The translations under genes were made by a program, and so were the position numbers. A DNA stretch of 64,000 bases from a phage: NCBI GenBank assembly GCA_020619395.1, contig GCA_020619395.1_4860.1. One strand, written 5' to 3'. This document shows positions 28,931-38,602 of the stretch, in pieces (within the stretch, counting starts at the first letter, position 1; the number at the start of each line of letters is the position of its first letter). The notes under the pieces are model-generated. The model was not told the DNA's origin, did no database searches, and worked only from the letters and a program-made list of their open reading frames with translations.

Positions 28931-28950
28931 TTTTATTTTAAGGAGAGACG

Positions 28951-29274
28951 ATGCTAGATAAATTTGCTACCTTATCCGAAATAATACCTTCGCCTGATTC
29001 GACCAAGTATAAGGTGTTGCATGACTATACAGACTTCCTTCGCAAACACCCAGATACTACAGAAGAAGTTGTTGACCCAAAATATGCCTACCCAGAGGTA
29101 CACAGTTTCTACGCGTACTGTCGTCTCAAACAGTACGATAATAGTATTATTTATCCGATGATGTTAATGAACGGAATTTCTACTCCGTTTGATTTCACGC
29201 CAGAGATAAGAACCTTATTGGTTCCTAGTGTCGGCGTGGTAAGTAACATCTTATCGACTATCGTAGAATCTTGA
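28951..29274 (+). CDS. small hypothetical protein
   Basis: 107-aa ORF with AAGGAGAG Shine-Dalgarno 7 nt upstream, followed by a terminator. Confidence 0.55.
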   Translation: MLDKFATLSEIIPSPDSTKYKVLHDYTDFLRKHPDTTEEVVDPKYAYPEVHSFYAYCRLKQYDNSIIYPMMLMNGISTPFDFTPEIRTLLVPSVGVVSNILSTIVES

Positions 29275-29306
29275 AAAAAAGAAGGGACGCCCAGTCCCTT
29301 CTTTCT
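29274..29306. terminator. bidirectional rho-independent terminator
   Basis: Hairpin 29281-29301 (gaagggac / gccca / gtcccttc) with A-run 29274-29280 and T-rich 29302-29305. Confidence 0.6.
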
Positions 29307-29311
29307 AACGC

Positions 29312-30679
29312 TTAACGTAAATTAGCTGATGAGAATGGTAGGTTGCCTAAACTGCTGCTACTTCCGCCACCTAAACCACCCAGACCACCTAACACGTCAC
29401 TACTCCCTCCTAAGAGGTTGGTGCTACCGCCGCCCAACTGCGTGCTACCCCCCAAGAGATTATTACTACTTCCCAGCAAACCAGAACCCAGACCACTTTC
29501 TTTCGTCACCGCATTACCACGCAGCGCCTCACCGAGAGACAGTTCTTTAATTGTCCCTTTCGGTAAATGGCCGTTGTTCTCACGCAGCGCTTCCTGAATC
29601 TTCGGTGCTAACGCATTGAAGCTATTAGCTGAAGACGCCTGTTGCGCTTTCTTCGCACGGAAATAGTTTACCGGATCGTTGAGATCAAGATTTTCCTGCG
29701 GAGCTTGTTGAGAAGCTAAAGCAACGACCGGCTTTGTGCCGGCAGGTGTACGCCCGATACGGAAATCCGTTGCGGTGGTGTCTGTTGCCTGATCGGTGCG
29801 TGGGCCGGTATTATACGGCAGAGTTTGGATAACGTTATCATAAACGCTCATGTTATCCAGTTGGCCAATCCATTCTTCTTCTAACGGACGCAGTGGAGTG
29901 TGGTCACGCAGACCACGAACCACTTGATTGTAGTTGGTCACGTATTGTGCCCAACCGCGTGCCAAAGAACCGAAGTACGGACGCGGATCGTTAGAACCAG
30001 TAACCGAAGGATACCAACCAAACACTGCAGTTAGCAGGTTAAAGATAATGACCTTATCCTGCTTACGCTGGAGCTTGGCACCGAAGAATGTTGCCGTACC
30101 ATCCAGTGACTCTTCTTCAAACATGTGTTTGTAGTTCGCCACACGGATATATTTGATACCTTCAATGGTCATATCGCTGGAGATGAAGATACTGGTGATC
30201 TTTGTCTTTTTATCTTCTTCCAGCAACCCGTAAACGTAGTTCTTCACTGCGTGCCAGCTCTGAACCAGTTTCTTATCCATCGTTGGATCTTTCAGGTCAG
30301 CACAAACCACATCGCTTAAAAACTTCTTGTACGCTGCCAGACGGATATTTTTTCCTTCGGCTGCTGTTTCCAAAATCGCATCGATTAGCTCGAAGCTTTT
30401 CAGGAAGAGGTTCGCGTTGATGGCTTTCTTCAGGAAACGAATCGTTCCAGATTCGCCAGCCAGCACCGATTCACACAGCGGGTGGAACGCATGACATTCA
30501 CTACCTTCGTCATCTTCCAACCCACGCTTAATCATCGCTGCAGTTGGAAGCACCAAGCGGCGCTTCACTTTGTTGTAGGTGAACATTGCCGGATGACCAT
30601 CATCGATAGTCAGCATGTCACCTTCGAATCCGTATCCGAGCGAGGTCAGAAACGAACGGTAGAATTCAATCAATTTCAT
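29312..30679 (-). CDS. hypothetical protein with Gly/Leu/Ser-rich C-terminal tail
   Basis: 455-aa ORF; last ~60 aa are LGSGLLGSSNNLLGGSTQLGGGSTNLLGGSSDVLGGLGGLGGG... low-complexity repeats. Confidence 0.6.
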   Translation of the reverse strand: MKLIEFYRSFLTSLGYGFEGDMLTIDDGHPAMFTYNKVKRRLVLPTAAMIKRGLEDDEGSECHAFHPLCESVLAGESGTIRFLKKAINANLFLKSFELIDAILETAAEGKNIRLAAYKKFLSDVVCADLKDPTMDKKLVQSWHAVKNYVYGLLEEDKKTKITSIFISSDMTIEGIKYIRVANYKHMFEEESLDGTATFFGAKLQRKQDKVIIFNLLTAVFGWYPSVTGSNDPRPYFGSLARGWAQYVTNYNQVVRGLRDHTPLRPLEEEWIGQLDNMSVYDNVIQTLPYNTGPRTDQATDTTATDFRIGRTPAGTKPVVALASQQAPQENLDLNDPVNYFRAKKAQQASSANSFNALAPKIQEALRENNGHLPKGTIKELSLGEALRGNAVTKESGLGSGLLGSSNNLLGGSTQLGGGSTNLLGGSSDVLGGLGGLGGGSSSSLGNLPFSSANLR

Positions 30680-30691
30680 GGTTAATAATCC

Positions 30692-32392
30692 TTAATCAAT
30701 GAGACCGTTGCCGAGTCCGTTTCCGCCTATACCGCCTAAGCCACCACCCAGGTCAAGACCTCCAAGAGGATCTAAGCCACCTGTGTTAGTTGGAATGTTA
30801 GATAGCATTCGACCCCGGCCTTGGCCTTTCTCGAATTCTGTATAACCTTCTTCCACGGCTTTCAACAGCGTTGCGGTGTTCTGTGCCAGCTCACCAACGT
30901 ATTTGAGATCGGTGGTGTTGCCGGTATGGAGACGGAATTGCATAAACGACGCGTAGGTGTAATATTCCAGCGGTTCGTCGTCGACACGGATTTCAATACG
31001 AGTAACGGTCCCCAACAATGCGGTGACCAGCATGTGGCAGCGAATATGGTTATGTTTAGTAACCTGAACCATCGCTTCTTTCATGTTCTGCAAGAAACGA
31101 CGACCTAACGCAGCAGGTAACTGATGGTGCGTGATGCTGCTGACTGAGTTAGGAATAACTTCCAGCGTAGGCTCTATCATGATATCTGTGTTGCGGTTAT
31201 CAAAGACAAAGCTCACTTCACCAATCAGGTTACGTGACATAATCGGCCCGATAGACATAGCCAGATCATACGCAACTAGACTACCCTGCGTGGAGAAGCC
31301 ATTACGTCCAATCCAGTGGTCGGTTTGGTTAACCAGCCCTGCACCCAACCCACGGCGACTTGCCAGCGCCAGCGATTCACGGATACATTCATCCAACCGC
31401 ATTGGGTTGACAATCGCATTACGCAAATCAGCCAAACGGAACGTCGCCTTACTGGTTGCTTTCCAGCCGCCAGATACATCAGACATCCCGTTCTGGAGTG
31501 CTTGACGCATCGCAGCAATCAGTTCGTGGTTGCTGTAGTTACGGATAACACCACGTTGCTTCAATTCAGATTCAACGCCGATGGAGTTATTACCTGCAAA
31601 GAAGCTTTCCACGCTACCGAGTTCGGTATCTACCCCAGAGCTTGCCAGATACGCATTACTGATGGCAGATACGTAGTTTTCTGGACGCTGGAGTTGGGAT
31701 ACCATCAACTGTGGTGCAGAGCTACTGGTTGCGGATAGCACAGAGTCGCTCGTTGGGACGAACTTCTCACCGCTATTCATTTCAATACGTTTTACCATAT
31801 CCGCCGCTTTCGCGATCGAAATGATATCTACCGTACTTTCCGTTTGACCTTCAACAGACAGCGCTTTCGATAAAACGTAGTTATCCAGTAGACGGAATGA
31901 GTCTGGGTTCAATGTTTTGCCGCCCAGGGCATCGTGTGTATACGTTGCCTGTAAGCCGTAGATGTCGTTAATGTACAACACCATATCGTCAGGCAGCAAG
32001 CTACCCAGGCTGGTTTCTGCCTGACTGGTATAACCGGATACGATGTATTGCGTTTCCTGAGTGCGTGTTGCATTCAGAGGTTTAGCAATAAACACCGCCA
32101 CGAAGTTAAAGATACCGGTATCACGTGATTCCCATTGGAACTGTACAGGACGATTGTCATCATCGGACACGTTGATGAATGGACGCTCAAAACCATTCTG
32201 GGTGCCATCGAAGCCCACGATGGCAGATAATGCTTCTTGATACTGCTGTGTTCCCACAGCTTTTTCCCCGCCCAGTTCAACCGCTGCTGCTAAGTCATCC
32301 AGTGCACCCGTCGATGCGTTAAAGCCGATGCGGCGACGAACTTGCTCTGGAACATCGTAGACCGGATACATCAGTAGATTTACAAGCTGCAT
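30692..32392 (-). CDS. hypothetical protein with Gly-rich C-terminal tail
   Basis: 566-aa ORF ending ...TGGLDPLGGLDLGGGLGGIGGNGLGNGLID, similar in style to the tail of 29312..30679. Confidence 0.6.
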   Translation of the reverse strand: MQLVNLLMYPVYDVPEQVRRRIGFNASTGALDDLAAAVELGGEKAVGTQQYQEALSAIVGFDGTQNGFERPFINVSDDDNRPVQFQWESRDTGIFNFVAVFIAKPLNATRTQETQYIVSGYTSQAETSLGSLLPDDMVLYINDIYGLQATYTHDALGGKTLNPDSFRLLDNYVLSKALSVEGQTESTVDIISIAKAADMVKRIEMNSGEKFVPTSDSVLSATSSSAPQLMVSQLQRPENYVSAISNAYLASSGVDTELGSVESFFAGNNSIGVESELKQRGVIRNYSNHELIAAMRQALQNGMSDVSGGWKATSKATFRLADLRNAIVNPMRLDECIRESLALASRRGLGAGLVNQTDHWIGRNGFSTQGSLVAYDLAMSIGPIMSRNLIGEVSFVFDNRNTDIMIEPTLEVIPNSVSSITHHQLPAALGRRFLQNMKEAMVQVTKHNHIRCHMLVTALLGTVTRIEIRVDDEPLEYYTYASFMQFRLHTGNTTDLKYVGELAQNTATLLKAVEEGYTEFEKGQGRGRMLSNIPTNTGGLDPLGGLDLGGGLGGIGGNGLGNGLID

Positions 32393-32404
32393 TTTAAATA
32401 CTCC

Positions 32405-34039
32405 TTAAGAATTAAACCATTCAACTTCTTCTAACTTGCGACGTGCATTCAACACCATAAACTCCGCCAGGCTATTGTGCAGTGACAAGTGAGGTATATA
32501 GTTTGGCTGATCCGTCTCACACTTCAGCAGCGCAGCTGCTTCTGGTGTAGCCCTGAGATGGAACAGATACGGGTTGATGTGATCCTTGTGTAACAAGGTC
32601 AATGATTCCCGTGGTGTAGATTGCGGTTCGAGATTACGCGGGTTGCGATACTCCTGAAGATAATATCTATCTAAATCTGCTTTGAGTTCAGATCGAATTG
32701 GGTCGGCTGCATAACCGGCAGACATCTCAGAACGCACCATATTGCAACTTAACAGTTGCGCAACGTCATACATTCCATAATTGAGATAAGTTGCCTGTGC
32801 CAACGCCATACCGTAGCGAAACGCTTCTGGTCCACATTCAGTATACGTCTTATAATGCGCGCTACGATGGAGTGCTAATGCGACTAACCATTCGTGCAAC
32901 GTATAGACAGGACCGTCATGTGTTGCCAGTTGCGAATCAATCAATAACTTAACATCTGCTGGAGCGGCATTATCCAGACGCATTGTTTTCAAGAAAGAGC
33001 GGTATTCTTTAAATACGTACTCGGTACGGACGTATTCTTTCATCTGTGCAGGAGAACGTGCCTGCACCAAATCCATGGCGTTTATCTTACCCTTTTCGCC
33101 ATTGAATACCACACTTTCCGGATGCGCTTTTAACAGCACCGGCTGGTTAGAGATTTTGTTTGCAAAACCTGTTTCAATCTCTTGTTTAACCAGAAAATAC
33201 ATGCCGGTGACGATATTGTTGTTAACCATGATTTCAACCGGTAATTCACCACCGACTTCACGGACAGCCAACAATTTAATAATAGCATACGCCAGGATAT
33301 AATCTTCCATCATATCCGTGCCATAGCCCCGCACCGTAGCCAGTACCGACAAACTGGTGCTGTTCGTACCTTTGTTTGCCAGTTCTTTTTCTACCTTTTC
33401 CATCACTGTCTGTAGGAACCCACGCAGTTTCGGAATAGCAGGTAAAGACATGACTTCCGTGTCTTGAAGCATCTCCAGACAGTATGTCAGATTGTACACC
33501 ATTTTCCGGTGTGTTTCGATTGGCAAGTTCTTACCTATCGGGAACGTCCCCATGGTGAGGAACACCGGAATATACGGTTTAATCATCAGGACCAGTATCA
33601 ACAACTCGTAATAGTCCGGACGAATGTACGTCATCGCTTCCGGATAATTACTGTTCATTTCATCGTGCGTATCTTCCATGTTCTGCGGAATCCACAGCTT
33701 ATCGATGGGATACAGCTTACGATACACTTCGGCCTTGTGGAACTTCGCAATCGTCTGCACAATCTTCGGCATGTGCTTACGCTGCGTTTCCGTCGATTCG
33801 TTTGCCAGCTCGTCCAGCATCAGATACGCCATGAACAGTTCATCTTGTTCGTCTGGCGTTAAATAATCCCACACGCGTTGTAATTCCATGAAGAGAATGT
33901 TGTCGCGTGCAATCTGTTTACCTTTAACAGTGATGTAGTCGGGTGCGTTGTTATCCTTCCGATAACGTAAGCCAATAAATGTGACCTCTTGACCATGATG
34001 CTCGATTGTCATCCGGTCTTTAATCTTCATAATTTTCAT
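32405..34039 (-). CDS. hypothetical protein
   Basis: 544-aa ORF; promoter-like motif 26-40 bp upstream (34073-34089). Confidence 0.6.
   Translation of the reverse strand: MKIMKIKDRMTIEHHGQEVTFIGLRYRKDNNAPDYITVKGKQIARDNILFMELQRVWDYLTPDEQDELFMAYLMLDELANESTETQRKHMPKIVQTIAKFHKAEVYRKLYPIDKLWIPQNMEDTHDEMNSNYPEAMTYIRPDYYELLILVLMIKPYIPVFLTMGTFPIGKNLPIETHRKMVYNLTYCLEMLQDTEVMSLPAIPKLRGFLQTVMEKVEKELANKGTNSTSLSVLATVRGYGTDMMEDYILAYAIIKLLAVREVGGELPVEIMVNNNIVTGMYFLVKQEIETGFANKISNQPVLLKAHPESVVFNGEKGKINAMDLVQARSPAQMKEYVRTEYVFKEYRSFLKTMRLDNAAPADVKLLIDSQLATHDGPVYTLHEWLVALALHRSAHYKTYTECGPEAFRYGMALAQATYLNYGMYDVAQLLSCNMVRSEMSAGYAADPIRSELKADLDRYYLQEYRNPRNLEPQSTPRESLTLLHKDHINPYLFHLRATPEAAALLKCETDQPNYIPHLSLHNSLAEFMVLNARRKLEEVEWFNS
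32657..32673. promoter_or_regulatory. intragenic copy of the AGATAATATCTATCT-type motif
   Basis: gaagataatatctatct inside the 3' end of CDS 32405..34039, about 265 bp upstream of the start of 30692..32392. Confidence 0.25.
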
Positions 34040-34072
34040 TATAGTTGAACTCCGCGAATAGTCGATTGCACT

Positions 34073-34089
34073 GAGATAATATCTATCTC
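34073..34089. promoter_or_regulatory. AGATAATATCTATCT-type promoter-like motif
   Basis: gagataatatctatctc in the intergenic region upstream of minus-strand start 34039. Confidence 0.3.
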
Positions 34090-34174
34090 AATCTTCTTAC
34101 AGTGTGTGTTGCAGGACCACGCATAAGCGTTAATAGCCCAAGGTTTCCCTTGGGCGTATTTTTTATTTTGTTTC

Positions 34175-34873
34175 TTAGAGGAATTCGTCGTAAGAATCAG
34201 TGGTTGCTGGAGGTGCAGATTGTTGCTGCTGTTGATAACCGCCGCCGCTACGCTGACCACCACCCTGGCCACCACCGTATCCACCACGACCGAAGCTACC
34301 ACCACCTTGCTGGAATTCACGCGGCTTATATTTCTCTTCCAGGTTCTGTAAGAACTTCTCGAAGTTAGTGATAAACGCACGTGCGCAGCGCTCGGCAAGT
34401 TCTAAATCAGAAACCTGCTGGCCGTCGCGGAAAATACGGAAACCTTTCGGGTAGGAGAAGTAGAACTTCTTCTGGCGGGCACCAACGCCCTGGATTTCAC
34501 CGGCAATAGCGATGAACGGTAACAGGTTGTCTTCACGGCCAACAATCAGACTAACGGGCGGTTTGTTGCCGTTTTCGTTAGTAAACTTCAGCATACTCTT
34601 TTCGCTCTTACGCAGACAATCCTGCAGAGCTTCGATAATGGTACGGCAAACCGTAATCGGCGCAGAGAAATAGAGACCTTCGCCCTTACCAAAGGAGTAG
34701 CTAAACTTCATAGTTTCAACATCACCGTTGAAATCATTCGGTTCGATGTTGAGTTTACGCGTACGGTTTTGCTGATCCGGTTCGGTCTGCGGGTAAAGCC
34801 ATTTGTCTTTGAAAATTTCTTGGTTAATCATCATTTCATCCTTTTCGGAAAAGCAGTCTAGTGGTTCACACAT
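34175..34873 (-). CDS. SSB-like protein (candidate single-stranded DNA-binding protein)
   Basis: 232-aa ORF; C-terminal Gly/Gln-rich linker GGGSFGRGGYGGGQGGGQRSGGGYQQQQQ ending in an acidic/hydrophobic tip DSYDEFL, like SSB C-terminal tails; OB-fold not verifiable by eye. Confidence 0.35.
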   Translation of the reverse strand: MCEPLDCFSEKDEMMINQEIFKDKWLYPQTEPDQQNRTRKLNIEPNDFNGDVETMKFSYSFGKGEGLYFSAPITVCRTIIEALQDCLRKSEKSMLKFTNENGNKPPVSLIVGREDNLLPFIAIAGEIQGVGARQKKFYFSYPKGFRIFRDGQQVSDLELAERCARAFITNFEKFLQNLEEKYKPREFQQGGGSFGRGGYGGGQGGGQRSGGGYQQQQQSAPPATTDSYDEFL

Positions 34874-34899
34874 GATGTCCCACTAACGTAAATTTTAAC

Positions 34900-35736
34900 T
34901 TACTTCATAAGCCTGCGGAGCAGTTCAATTACAAATGGCTCATTCACCAGTTTTAGACAGTTATAAATACGGTCCATTGTGGTATCCTGTTTCCAGCTGT
35001 ACTTCTCTGCGGTTTTTAACACCACCCCACGCGTTTTGCGATCGAGGGGTGAAAACATTATCCCGTCGCCAAACAACGTCAGGAACGCTTTGTTAAACGG
35101 AATATGTTGGGGTTTCCCGTTAAGTTTGGTGTACCACTCCAGTTGTGTTTTCACTTTACCGGTGTGCGATTCCAACAAACCCAGTTTAGGGAAATCTTTA
35201 CGTGCCAGGAGATCAGCTGGCATGTGGGTCAGTAACAGTGTGTCGCGGCTACCCTCTGGGAAAACATCGAATTGACGGAAGTCATTTTCGTGTTTCTCAC
35301 CGTACATTTTTAAGGTGTCGTGTTCCAGTGCATTATAGTGCAGCTGGTTTGGCGTCATCTTATCCTGACCGCCTGCAATGTTTTTGAACGAGGCTTCGGG
35401 AAACACTTTGTTAGCGCTACGATAGCTACAAAGGTACGGAACGCATAACACCGAAGGGGCTACCGCTCTCGCGGTAGCCGTAAGATTATTAATATCTTCT
35501 TCAATCGATGTTAGCATCACGTCGGGTGTTAACCGTTCTCTATTCTCTTCAAACGCATAGAAGGCGTTACGGAACAATGTCCGGAGATTCAGGTATATTT
35601 CCTGATAGGAATGGATAGGCAATTCGCCTTTCCAGTCGGCGTATTCGCCGGTATGCAGCAGACCTTCAAACGCCAGCGAACTGGCGATTGACACTGAATA
35701 GAACCCGAAAGTGCGATCAACACTGATTGGATTCAT
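34900..35736 (-). CDS. hypothetical protein
   Basis: 278-aa ORF with a 4-nt overlap with the upstream phosphoesterase gene. Confidence 0.55.
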   Translation of the reverse strand: MNPISVDRTFGFYSVSIASSLAFEGLLHTGEYADWKGELPIHSYQEIYLNLRTLFRNAFYAFEENRERLTPDVMLTSIEEDINNLTATARAVAPSVLCVPYLCSYRSANKVFPEASFKNIAGGQDKMTPNQLHYNALEHDTLKMYGEKHENDFRQFDVFPEGSRDTLLLTHMPADLLARKDFPKLGLLESHTGKVKTQLEWYTKLNGKPQHIPFNKAFLTLFGDGIMFSPLDRKTRGVVLKTAEKYSWKQDTTMDRIYNCLKLVNEPFVIELLRRLMK

Positions 35737-36884
35737 TCTATTTTCCTAATGATTGCAGTAACAACATCAGGGTCGTACTTCACTGATGTTAGCTCTTCGA
35801 GAACCAACCGTTCGAAGTTCTCAGGAGTAGGTTTTTCGTACACTGGGGCTTCGTTCGAAAAACTCTTTACTAACAACTCCTCTTCTTCAGAGGAGCGCAC
35901 ACGTTCTCCAGATATGTGGAACGTGTATTCTTTTTTCCACCGACTGACGTATTCGGCCATCGGTGAACCTGCGTAATACTCGACTTCAAATCGTCCAATA
36001 GCGGACGAAGGATGATTGTCGATGTATTCTAATGCAGAAAGACAAGCTGCTAACTGCGCATCAAAGTCTTCCTGTGCCCGAATCTTTTTCTGCGGGCACG
36101 CGCGTGGGTTAACCAGGAAATAATCCCTGGCAACCGTATCGGTGAAATCGACAAGAGCTACGCCTTTGTCCTCCTCTTCACCTTGAGATAGCCGCTCAGG
36201 ACTACCTACAACTCTTATCTTGTCTAATTCTTTAGGTCGATGGTCGTGCCCGATAAATATCAGGTGCTTGACTCTCGGCAACCAGAACTCCTCGTGGAAA
36301 GAACGAGGGGACTCGACAGGGAGTTGAAACTGGAAGCAGCCGTGCATGAAGATAAAGTCTAACTTCTCCAAGCCTCGTGTCGCCATCAGTTCTGCCATTT
36401 CTGCCTCAGTGGCAGCAGCATTAATTTCATCGACGCCAGCAGCTTTATATTCGTCCTGCACCCAACCTACCATCGCATCGAGAGCCGGATCGTAAAATAT
36501 CCCGATCCCTGCCAAATACAAACAGTCTGCGCCTATACTGATGTTCAGCGACTCAACTATTTTGGACTGGCCATGGTCATGGGACGGTGTTCCCTCAACG
36601 ATGCGAACTGCGGTATTAGTGGCCTTAGACCACTGGAGCAACCACGTCAAGAAGCCCACAGCTTCTTGAGAATCTTCCTGGCGAAGATGTCGGGAATCAT
36701 CAAATAAATCCCCTGCTATATAAAAGGCATCAAGCGTATTTTCGCAGCTAATGAGTACCTCACGTATCACATCCACGATGTGCCAAGTAGGCACACGTTT
36801 ATGCAACAAATGGATATCGTTAGTGTTCAAAAGGCGCTTAACGCCTTCTGGTTTCTTAGGAGGTTTAGTAATCTTCTCCATCAC
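35733..36884 (-). CDS. calcineurin-like metallophosphoesterase, SbcD/Mre11-like nuclease
   Basis: 383-aa ORF with the ordered phosphoesterase motifs NTNDIH (D-x-H), AGDLFDD (GD-x-x-D), GTPSHDHG (GNHD-like), FMHG and IGHDHR (GH-x-H). Confidence 0.6.
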   Translation of the reverse strand: MMEKITKPPKKPEGVKRLLNTNDIHLLHKRVPTWHIVDVIREVLISCENTLDAFYIAGDLFDDSRHLRQEDSQEAVGFLTWLLQWSKATNTAVRIVEGTPSHDHGQSKIVESLNISIGADCLYLAGIGIFYDPALDAMVGWVQDEYKAAGVDEINAAATEAEMAELMATRGLEKLDFIFMHGCFQFQLPVESPRSFHEEFWLPRVKHLIFIGHDHRPKELDKIRVVGSPERLSQGEEEDKGVALVDFTDTVARDYFLVNPRACPQKKIRAQEDFDAQLAACLSALEYIDNHPSSAIGRFEVEYYAGSPMAEYVSRWKKEYTFHISGERVRSSEEEELLVKSFSNEAPVYEKPTPENFERLVLEELTSVKYDPDVVTAIIRKIE

Positions 36885-37539
36885 CGATCCCTACGATTGG
36901 CTGCGTTTGAGCTGGGGCTTGCACCGAGGTCTCTGCAGCTGTCGCCGTGTTTTTACCGCCGGTAATTTTATCGACGTATTCAACCAACCCTTCCGGATAT
37001 GGCAATTGACCACCCACACCGTAGCGTCGGAAAATCCAGTTCAGCAAGTCAATAATGTACTTCGCACGAACTGAATTTTCAGCCAGTGACATATTTTCGA
37101 TCCCGGTTAGGGTGTAATCGATCATCTTGTACATCTGGGTTTCACCGACGGTTGCAATCACATCAACCTGACGACGGATGTACTCAGTCTCATCGGAGAG
37201 TGAAGGTTCGCCGTCAACGGTGATTAATGAGCGGCCGGTGTTCAACAGAGCAGGGATGGTAAATAGCAGTTTGCTGTTATCAGCATCGTCCACAATCTGC
37301 AGGGGTACAAATGGACTTCCTACGTAAGCCGTCCAGGTCTCTTCGTTAAAAGTACCATCAAGCATACCGGACAACAGTGGTAAGCCCTGGCGACGGAACT
37401 GTGCTTCGGTGAACACACTGCAAACGTTCTGGCTTTCCGCCAAATCGTTTTCAATCTCTTTGAGTTTGTTATACTCAAAGCGCATCTGCTCATTCATCTG
37501 ACTTAACGGTACACCGTTAAATGTAGGTTCCTGGCTCAT
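36865..37539 (-). CDS. hypothetical protein
   Basis: 224-aa ORF. Confidence 0.55.
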   Translation of the reverse strand: MSQEPTFNGVPLSQMNEQMRFEYNKLKEIENDLAESQNVCSVFTEAQFRRQGLPLLSGMLDGTFNEETWTAYVGSPFVPLQIVDDADNSKLLFTIPALLNTGRSLITVDGEPSLSDETEYIRRQVDVIATVGETQMYKMIDYTLTGIENMSLAENSVRAKYIIDLLNWIFRRYGVGGQLPYPEGLVEYVDKITGGKNTATAAETSVQAPAQTQPIVGIGDGEDY

Positions 37540-37925
37540 TACATATCCTCAATCGCACTCGACTCGGTATCCACGTACCGCTCAACATCGTACCATTCAC
37601 CGTCTACAACTTCTTGCACACGGACACTAATGAAGATGCGGTAGCGCACATCTGAATCTTTTAAAAACTCCCAGCTGGTTTCAACTTCAACGCCAGCAGG
37701 AAATACGTTCCCGTAGAGGTTCTCCAAATCCATTTTAATCTGGGCAACCATCCCGTCGGGATCTTGTGCAAACACAGCTTGCGTATACGCAAGTGATTTA
37801 ATGTTCCCACGATAAACCACCGATTGGCTATAGCCAGACTCGGTGTAATGGTTCATCAGCTCACGCGCCTTTTCCTGGGGTGTACGTGCCCAGCCACGTG
37901 TGGATAAGGTTCCTACCGCAATCAT
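37539..37925 (-). CDS. hypothetical protein
   Basis: ORF-track 37539..38045 trimmed to Met at 37925 because the upstream gene's terminator hairpin (37987-38000) lies inside the longer ORF. Confidence 0.45.
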   Translation of the reverse strand: MIAVGTLSTRGWARTPQEKARELMNHYTESGYSQSVVYRGNIKSLAYTQAVFAQDPDGMVAQIKMDLENLYGNVFPAGVEVETSWEFLKDSDVRYRIFISVRVQEVVDGEWYDVERYVDTESSAIEDM

Positions 37926-37975
37926 GTTAGCTCCTGTCAAATTCAAGGTAGGATGCTGCATACAGCCCCCAGTGA

Positions 37976-38008
37976 AGAAAAAAAGAGGGGCCGAAGCCCC
38001 ATCTTTTT
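37976..38008. terminator. bidirectional rho-independent terminator
   Basis: Hairpin 37987-38000 (ggggc / cgaa / gcccc) with A-run 37976-37985 and T-run 38001-38007. Confidence 0.6.
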
Positions 38009-38589
38009 TAACACGTCGCGCCAAGTTCCGAACAGGGATCACCATCTTCCCAGTCGAAAGCTGACATGCGTGCCCAGTTAAGTTGAATATCCACTTTATC
38101 GATTCGACTCAGTCGTACTGCACGATCTTCATTGGTAGCCCATTGCCAAATCTTATCTTCGTCGTACTTCGTCGAAATGCCCGATGTTGCTTCGCGGAAG
38201 TGGTCATCGGTACGCATATACGCATTGCCTTTGAACACATCCAACCGCGAAAAGCCGTTCTCATAACCAGTCGCCATACCGTCATTATACAACTTACGAT
38301 ATTCCGGCATGGCAACGAGGAATGGCTGTAAAGCAGCATTGGCGAACTGGAATTCACCCAACTCTTCGATCTGTCTTACCATCTCTACCGCATCGCTATA
38401 ACGTAATTTACGTGCGGTACTGAATGTTTCACGGAAACGCTCCAGTGAGATTAAGTCCTGACAATGTTCTTTTACACGGTCAACGAGATCGGGTGCCAGG
38501 CTAGACAGCGAAAACGATTCTTTGAATACGCTGAGTGCCCCGCTACCTTCGGTCTGTTTCGTCCACACCGTGCTACCTTGTAGCCACAT
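38008..38589 (-). CDS. hypothetical protein
   Basis: 193-aa ORF between the beta-prime-like gene and the terminator. Confidence 0.55.
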   Translation of the reverse strand: MWLQGSTVWTKQTEGSGALSVFKESFSLSSLAPDLVDRVKEHCQDLISLERFRETFSTARKLRYSDAVEMVRQIEELGEFQFANAALQPFLVAMPEYRKLYNDGMATGYENGFSRLDVFKGNAYMRTDDHFREATSGISTKYDEDKIWQWATNEDRAVRLSRIDKVDIQLNWARMSAFDWEDGDPCSELGATC

Positions 38590-38602
38590 TACAATACTCC
38601 TA

